Positions 56,106 through 61,225 of a stretch of 61,225 nucleotides of DNA are shown piece after piece. The translations under genes were made by a program, and so were the position numbers. The notes below the pieces were generated by a model that had not been told where the DNA came from, did not search any database, and was given only the letters and a program-made list of their open reading frames with translations. This DNA is from a virus (taxonomy: Duplodnaviria; Caudoviricetes), in the IMG/VR virus record IMGVR_UViG_3300048838_000781, positions 1-61,225 of that record; one strand, given 5' to 3'. Within the stretch, counting starts at the first letter, position 1. Each line of letters opens with the position of its first letter.

Positions 56106-56927
56106 ATGGCGAACACCAAGAAGCTCATCCTCGCCACCCCGCGGCTCAGCGACTCCGCGAACCTCACCGCGTCCGACGCCGTCGGCTCGATGCCGGTGAG
56201 CAACTTGCAGCGCTTCCAGCCGACGGATTGGTGGCAGACCTCCTCGCTCGGATCCGGAGGCCAGTACATCGACATCGAGATCACCGAGGTCAACGGCCTG
56301 GGACTCGCCAACTGGAACCTGATCTCGCTGCTCTACACGAACGCGACCGCCTCGACGGAGTGGCGAATCCGTGGAGGTACGTCAAAGGGGACCGTCACCA
56401 GCTCGCCGACCCTCGACACCGGCTGGTTCTCCCACTGGCCCGTGACCAACCTCTCAGACTGGGAGTGGACTCACTCGCTGTTCTGGGCGCCAAACGGCCA
56501 GACGGAACCGTTCCTTCGGATCGACGTCCGGGACGCGAACCTCGACTTCTACCGCGCAGGTCGGCTCTACATCTCGAACGCCTGGCAGCCGACCCATCAC
56601 GTCAAGTACGGCTGGAGCACCGGCCACCAGGAAAACCAGCGCCGGCAGTACGCCGAGGGCGGGCCGGTCTTCCCGCGGATCCAGCCACGGCGCCGGGTCC
56701 TCTCGGGCCGTCTCAACTTCCTCGACGAGGACGAGATGTTCAACAACGCATGGGAGCTCGATCGTGCTCGAGGCGTGTCCGAGGATGTTCTCGCGATCCT
56801 CGATCCCGAGCATCCCACCCATCTGCACCGCTGGATGGTCTACGGGCTGATGAAGGACTTGCCGCCCATCATCAACGAGGCCTTCGAGGTTTTCGAGAAA
56901 CCCTTCGAGATTGAGGAGGCCCTCTGA
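56106..56927 (+). CDS. Minor tail protein
   Basis: PVSNLQ...YRAGRLYI..AWQP...YGW; position. Confidence 0.75.
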   Translation: MANTKKLILATPRLSDSANLTASDAVGSMPVSNLQRFQPTDWWQTSSLGSGGQYIDIEITEVNGLGLANWNLISLLYTNATASTEWRIRGGTSKGTVTSSPTLDTGWFSHWPVTNLSDWEWTHSLFWAPNGQTEPFLRIDVRDANLDFYRAGRLYISNAWQPTHHVKYGWSTGHQENQRRQYAEGGPVFPRIQPRRRVLSGRLNFLDEDEMFNNAWELDRARGVSEDVLAILDPEHPTHLHRWMVYGLMKDLPPIINEAFEVFEKPFEIEEAL

Positions 56928-57895
56928 TGGCCCTGGTACTGCGCGATCGCGTCAAGGAAACGACCACCACGACCGGCACGGGGACCTACAACCTCGCGGG
57001 CACAGCGACGGGATTCAGGACCTTCGCCGCTGCGGTGGGGAATGCGAACAGTACATACTACGTAGTTGAGGACGGGACGGACTGGGAAGTCGGCATCGGC
57101 ACAGTCACTACGGGTTCACCTGACACCCTGAGTCGGGACACCATCCTCGCGAGCAGCAACAGCAACGCTCCGGTCAACTGGGGCGCCGGCACTCGCAACG
57201 TGTTTGCCTCGCTGGCCGCAGCCGCGGTGCTGCTCGCCGGCAACAACCTGAGCGAGCTTGCCTCCGCGTCGACCGCGCGGACCAACCTCGGCCTCGGCAG
57301 CGCGGCCGTGCTCAACGCCGGCACGAGTGCCAACAACGTCGTCCAGCTCAACGGCTCGGCTCAGATCCCGGCCGTGAGCGGAGCACTGGTCACCAACCTG
57401 AACGCGAGCAACCTCGCGTCCGGGACGGTGCCGATGGCTCGAATCTCCCAGGGGCCTGGCTCGACACTCGACGCGGACCTGCTCGACAGCCAACAGGGGA
57501 CCTACTACAAGGACATCCCGGCCGGTACGAAAATGCTCTTCTACCAGGCGAGTGCGCCCACCGGCTGGACGCAGGACACGAGCCAGAACGACAAGGTGAT
57601 CCGCGTCGTGTCGGGCTCGGGCGGTGGCACCGGAGGCTCGTGGACCGTCTCGGGCCTCACCACCGACTTCCAGGCATCCAACCTGCCGGCACACACGCAT
57701 TCGATCGGAACCGACTTCGTGACGGTGCAAGCCGGCACCGGGGCGTCCTTCAACGTGCCCAACAACACCCTCTCCGGCTCGCTGTACTCGACCTCGAGCT
57801 CGGGAGCCGGCGGAACCCACAACCACACAATCAGCTCGTCGGGTGCATGGCGCCCGGCCTACATCGACGTGATCATCGCCACGCGCAACGCGTGA
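56927..57895 (+). CDS. Tail fibre protein
   Basis: LRDRVKETTTTTGTG...WEVGIGT, ARTNLGLG, IPAGTKMLFYQASAPTGWT, LPAHTH. Confidence 0.88.
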   Translation: MALVLRDRVKETTTTTGTGTYNLAGTATGFRTFAAAVGNANSTYYVVEDGTDWEVGIGTVTTGSPDTLSRDTILASSNSNAPVNWGAGTRNVFASLAAAAVLLAGNNLSELASASTARTNLGLGSAAVLNAGTSANNVVQLNGSAQIPAVSGALVTNLNASNLASGTVPMARISQGPGSTLDADLLDSQQGTYYKDIPAGTKMLFYQASAPTGWTQDTSQNDKVIRVVSGSGGGTGGSWTVSGLTTDFQASNLPAHTHSIGTDFVTVQAGTGASFNVPNNTLSGSLYSTSSSGAGGTHNHTISSSGAWRPAYIDVIIATRNA

Positions 57896-57917
57896 GGCGA
57901 GTACAAAGGAACACCCC

Positions 57918-58343
57918 ATGAAGAAGCAATTCCGCAAGATCATCAACGGCCGCTCGATCGGCGACATCTTTCCCGCAGGAATCAACCTCCTCCCCCGTCT
58001 CATCCTGATCGCGGTCCTCACCCTGATCGCTGTGGCGCCCCTTCTCGCTCATCCGATCTCGTGGCAAGGTCAAGGGCTCGTCGAGTCCGTCGCGATCGTC
58101 ACCGGGCCCGAGAAGAGCCGCTGTGAGCTTCCCGGCGGTACGGTGCTGACCGGCCTGCAGCGCGTCGAGATCGACCTGCGCGACCCGATCGACGCGCCTC
58201 CGGCCACCCGGATCGTTTGCCTCGTGGAAACCGCCTGCTCCTGTGCCGCACTGACCATCGGGGGGACGCCGTTCGGCCACCTCACCGTGTCCGGACAGGT
58301 GATCGGTGGCGACCTCATCGTCCAGGAGATCGTCTCTCCGTGA
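57918..58343 (+). CDS. Membrane-anchored hypothetical protein
   Basis: Hydrophobic LILIAVLTLIAVAPLLA; AAGGA RBS. Confidence 0.55.
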   Translation: MKKQFRKIINGRSIGDIFPAGINLLPRLILIAVLTLIAVAPLLAHPISWQGQGLVESVAIVTGPEKSRCELPGGTVLTGLQRVEIDLRDPIDAPPATRIVCLVETACSCAALTIGGTPFGHLTVSGQVIGGDLIVQEIVSP

Positions 58344-58657
58344 GCCACTGCGAGCACTGCCCGCAGCGAGGGACCGGCCAAGGCTGCCCGGCCTGGGTCG
58401 GTCCCGAGTCGGGCACCATCCTGCTCGAGACCAACACGGCCACCGGGGAGGAGCGCCCGATTCGCGGGTGCTTCTACCAGGTGATGCCGCGGCTGATGGT
58501 CGAGGTGATCAAGGCCTCGAACCGACCTGCCGCCGCGATCGAGTCGACGCGCAACGAGATCGCCGTGGGGCTTGCGCGGCTGGCTGGGGTGATGCCGCGG
58601 CTCGTCAGCGGGCCCGAGGCGGTGGCGCTCGAAGCTGGCGATCGGGGCACCTCGTGA
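58340..58657 (+). CDS. Conserved small protein of tail-fibre regions
   Basis: CEHCP..CPAW...TGEE...C...AAAIESTRNE. Confidence 0.7.
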   Translation: MSHCEHCPQRGTGQGCPAWVGPESGTILLETNTATGEERPIRGCFYQVMPRLMVEVIKASNRPAAAIESTRNEIAVGLARLAGVMPRLVSGPEAVALEAGDRGTS

Positions 58658-59511
58658 TCGGCAAGCTCGACTCGGTACGGGTGCTCGCCTTCGAAGGCGG
58701 CGGCATGCTCGGGCTCAGCTACCTGCGCCCGATCGAGATGCTCGAGGACGCGGGCGTGCTGGAGCGCTGCCACACCTTCGCGGGCGGTAGCGTGGGGGCG
58801 ATCGTCGCCGCGTCGCTCGCAGTCTGCCCCGAGGTCGATCCGCTGGAGCGGCTGCTGCTCGACACCGACTTCGAAGAGGTGCTCGACGGCGGCAATTCGT
58901 GGTGGCGACTGATCCGACAGGGTGGCGGGCGCACTCTCGATCGCCCCGCGGCATGGCTTCGGAAGCACTTCGGCAAGCTGTGCGATCCGGACATGCCGCT
59001 CTCCGCGGTGCCGCAGGTGTTCGGTCGAGAGCTTCGGGTGAGCGTCACCGACGAGACGCGAGAGGAAGATCTTGTGCTTGGCGCCGATTCGAGCATCACC
59101 CTGATCGATGCGGTTCTCGCCTCGATGGCCGTGCCGGTGCACTTCCTGCCGCTGGAGATGGACGACGGCCGGCAATTCAGCGACGGCGGGCTCGCTGCGA
59201 ATCTGCCACTGACCGGCATCACCTGTCCACCGGAGGAGCTGCTCGCGTTCCGGTTGGAGTCGAGTCGCGGGTCGAATCCGGTACGTGGCTCTGGATTGCT
59301 CGCACGCGCCAAGCGGCTGGTGCGCGTCGCAAGGCGGGCGGCGAATCGTGGTCACATCCCGAGTCGGTACTGGGACGCCGGCCGCATCGTGACGATCGAC
59401 TGCGGCGAGCTGGAGTTCGACGACTGGTCCATCGCTCGACGGCAAAGGGATCGGGCGCGCCTGCTCCTGGCTGGAGAACAGGCGCTCGATCGCTGGTTGG
59501 CGGCGGCGTAG
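58654..59511 (+). CDS. Patatin-like phospholipase
   Basis: LAFEGGGMLG, GGSVG, ASMAVP..F, DGGLAANLP. Confidence 0.92.
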   Translation: MIGKLDSVRVLAFEGGGMLGLSYLRPIEMLEDAGVLERCHTFAGGSVGAIVAASLAVCPEVDPLERLLLDTDFEEVLDGGNSWWRLIRQGGGRTLDRPAAWLRKHFGKLCDPDMPLSAVPQVFGRELRVSVTDETREEDLVLGADSSITLIDAVLASMAVPVHFLPLEMDDGRQFSDGGLAANLPLTGITCPPEELLAFRLESSRGSNPVRGSGLLARAKRLVRVARRAANRGHIPSRYWDAGRIVTIDCGELEFDDWSIARRQRDRARLLLAGEQALDRWLAAA

Positions 59512-59513
59512 TC

Positions 59514-59702
59514 CTACTCGCCTCGAAGCGCTTGGATGAGTCGCACAGTGCCCTCGTCCTGCGCGGCGCGAGGGCTCTCGCGAGACTCGATCTCGAGCGC
59601 CTCGGCGAGGTTGAGGCACAGCCGACGGAACGGCTCGCGTCCCTGCCGGTAGCGCTTCGTCACGATCTGGAGTACCTGCAGTGCCTCGACATCGACGCTC
59701 AC
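59514..59702 (-). CDS. Small hypothetical protein
   Basis: GGAGG RBS, GTGA overlap. Confidence 0.5.
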   Translation of the reverse strand: MSVDVEALQVLQIVTKRYRQGREPFRRLCLNLAEALEIESRESPRAAQDEGTVRLIQALRGE

Positions 59703-60115
59703 GAACCAGCCTCCTCGGCCTGAGTTCTTCGCCAAAACTCCTCGACCATCTCGACCACGGCGACGAGTTGCCCGTGCGTGGCCTTGCCGAGCCGTTCCGC
59801 CAGCTTGCGGCCGTCCACCATCCACTTCTCGCCAAGTCCGTTGAGCCTCACGGCGTCGTCGATCTCGGCGGGGACGAAAGCGATCGAGCCGGAATCGTGG
59901 AGCCACACGCCGTTCAGGGCGTCGCAGATCAGGTTACGCTCGGCTTCGGTGAGCTGCAGCGATTGGAGGTCGCGTTTCGTGATGTCGCGGTAGCGCTCGA
60001 TGATTCCTTCCAGCACGGCGCTGCGGCTGCTCCACCGGATCGAGTCGTCGACGCGCGAGTCGAGCCAGGCGATCATAGGCGGCGAGAGGGTGAAAGACTT
60101 CGGTTGCTTCGCCAT
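59699..60115 (-). CDS. Ribbon-helix-helix-like regulator
   Basis: KSFTLSPPMIAWLD...SRSAVLEGIIERY; LICDALNG. Confidence 0.6.
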   Translation of the reverse strand: MAKQPKSFTLSPPMIAWLDSRVDDSIRWSSRSAVLEGIIERYRDITKRDLQSLQLTEAERNLICDALNGVWLHDSGSIAFVPAEIDDAVRLNGLGEKWMVDGRKLAERLGKATHGQLVAVVEMVEEFWRRTQAEEAGS

Positions 60116-60357
60116 CACGCCACCGCCTTCACGTACTCGGCGACCGGCACCAGATAGAACGACCGCGCGCCTTCCGGAGCAAGCTCGACGCATTCGCCAT
60201 CGGCCGAGCCCCATCCCCCCGCTCTGGCTTTCCCGTGCTCCACCAACGCTTCGCCGGTCCACGCGTCGATCAGGCTCGATCCAATTCGATCGGCGACCAG
60301 CGTTGCACGGCGGCACAATCCGTCGATGTCTCGGACAAGGCAAGGAATCTCGATCAT
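60115..60357 (-). CDS. Small hypothetical protein
   Basis: GAGGGAG RBS. Confidence 0.55.
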   Translation of the reverse strand: MIEIPCLVRDIDGLCRRATLVADRIGSSLIDAWTGEALVEHGKARAGGWGSADGECVELAPEGARSFYLVPVAEYVKAVA

Positions 60358-60413
60358 GGTTTGCTCCCTCGACGCCACCGGGCTTAATTGCCGCGGCCCC
60401 CGTCCTCCGGGGC

Positions 60414-60440
60414 GAACCTGTAAGGATCGCTTACAGGTTC
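60414..60440. repeat. Perfect 11-bp inverted repeat in intergenic space
   Basis: GAACCTGTAAG-gatcg-CTTACAGGTTC. Confidence 0.7.
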
Positions 60441-60457
60441 CGCACGGGTGAGGGCGC

Positions 60458-60913
60458 TCAGCCTTCCGCCATCTCTGCGGCGGCGGTGTCCAGGATGTCG
60501 CGGACAATCTCACGCGCGGCGTAGTCGGGATGGTCGCCGATGCGGCCGTCGCCGTAGATGGCGCGCTGGCAAGTCTCGACCAACTCCGTGTCGCCAGCCT
60601 CGCCGGCAGAAACCTGCAACGCCTCGATCTCCTCGTTATCGAGATCGACGTCGAGCACGGCGGTGCAACGATCGTAGTTGGAGCGGAGGTTGCGAATCGG
60701 AGTTCCGACCGTGTCGAGCGCGGTCCAACAGAGATCCGGGCCACCGCCGCTCTTCAAAACGCGCTCCACGAAGCGATGCGAGACTTCGAGGGTCACGTAC
60801 TCAGCTTCCGTGTCTCCGCTGGCGTTGCGCGCATCGGCAATCGCTGCCTCGGGGGAGTTGCCAACGCCGTGAACCAGGTTGAGATCGGAGTCGGTCGCGA
60901 TGTAGTGGGCCAT
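60458..60913 (-). CDS. Acidic hypothetical protein, first gene of the right-end operon
   Basis: GAGGAG RBS; IEALQVSAGEAGDTELVETCQRA. Confidence 0.7.
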   Translation of the reverse strand: MAHYIATDSDLNLVHGVGNSPEAAIADARNASGDTEAEYVTLEVSHRFVERVLKSGGGPDLCWTALDTVGTPIRNLRSNYDRCTAVLDVDLDNEEIEALQVSAGEAGDTELVETCQRAIYGDGRIGDHPDYAAREIVRDILDTAAAEMAEG

Positions 60914-60964
60914 GGTGCTGCTCCTCAGGGTCTGGCTTCGGGTTCACCCCTTGCCAATGTGAGA

Positions 60965-60993
60965 ATCATACGACAATCATGCGATGGTGTCAA
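60965..60993 (-). promoter_or_regulatory. Near-consensus sigma70 promoter
   Basis: Minus strand TTGACA-17bp-TATGAT. Confidence 0.85.
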
Positions 60994-61083
60994 GGCTATC
61001 GGATTGTCGCCAGGTGCGGCCACTCGGCGACCAGTGCTCCTGCGAGGGAGTGAACAATCCGAGCGGCAGACCTGCGCCCGGTA

Positions 61084-61115
61084 TCCGGACAAACCGCGCT
61101 TCTGGTCGGCCCCCC
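61084..61115. other. attR, CT core at 61099-61100
   Basis: Phage arm TCCGGACAAACCGCG is an imperfect inverted repeat of the left arm CGGGTTGTGTTCTGG. Confidence 0.8.
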
Positions 61116-61225
61116 AGGTGGCGGCAAGACCATGCTCGCGCGGCGGCTGCCGGGGATCCTGCCGCCGCTGTCGCGCAGTGAGTCGATCGCGGTGACGCGC
61201 ATCCACAGTATCGGCGGGCTGCCAC
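61099..61225 (+). pseudogene. comM: 3' part of host comM
   Basis: [41 protein letters not shown] (Walker A region). Confidence 0.93.

Larger units (their letters stand above)
128..61100. mobile_element. Complete temperate prophage (siphovirus-like) integrated in comM
   Basis: Split comM at both ends; serine integrase, cI/cro, replication, terminase, portal, capsid, tail tube, tape measure and tail fibre modules. Confidence 0.95.

Noticed and set aside
56927-58657. DGR or invertible tail-fibre cassette
   Set aside because: No reverse transcriptase, invertase or duplicated variable region seen
58654-59511. CBASS system (patatin with PolX as cyclase)
   Set aside because: The nucleotidyltransferase has PolX-specific motifs and lies ~50 kb away in another operon; no CD-NTase or Cap2/3

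Overview
Apparently complete ~61 kb temperate siphovirus-like prophage (about 128-61100) inserted into the host comM/yifB gene. The comM frame breaks after ...AAAGGHNL at the left end and resumes as [24 protein letters not shown] at the right end. A shared CT core and an imperfect inverted repeat in the rebuilt attP fit the large serine integrase at 2899-4419. Layout: left cargo (4-TM protein with a degenerate EAL-like domain); a long leftward early operon (HNH, ASCH, minimal PolX, MazG-like, UvrD, SSB-like, Sak4, circularly permuted Cas4-like nuclease) under a consensus sigma70 promoter covered by TTCCG-N3-CGGAA operators; a ~4 kb cargo block; divergent cI/cro; methyltransferase, replication initiator and DnaC; muramidase, RusA, terminase, portal, MuF with a metallopeptidase extension, capsid and tail genes; a patatin; and a small right-end operon. 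Two genes resemble families I associate with Acidobacteriota (Thermoanaerobaculia), so that host is an inference. Best candidate for an undescribed system: a secreted 66-aa pre-peptide, a 368-aa TPR protein and a small ORF running antisense into a cI that lacks an autoprotease domain, a possible arbitrium/RRNPP-like peptide module in a phage of a probable diderm host. All family calls come from motif recognition by eye; no database searches were run.
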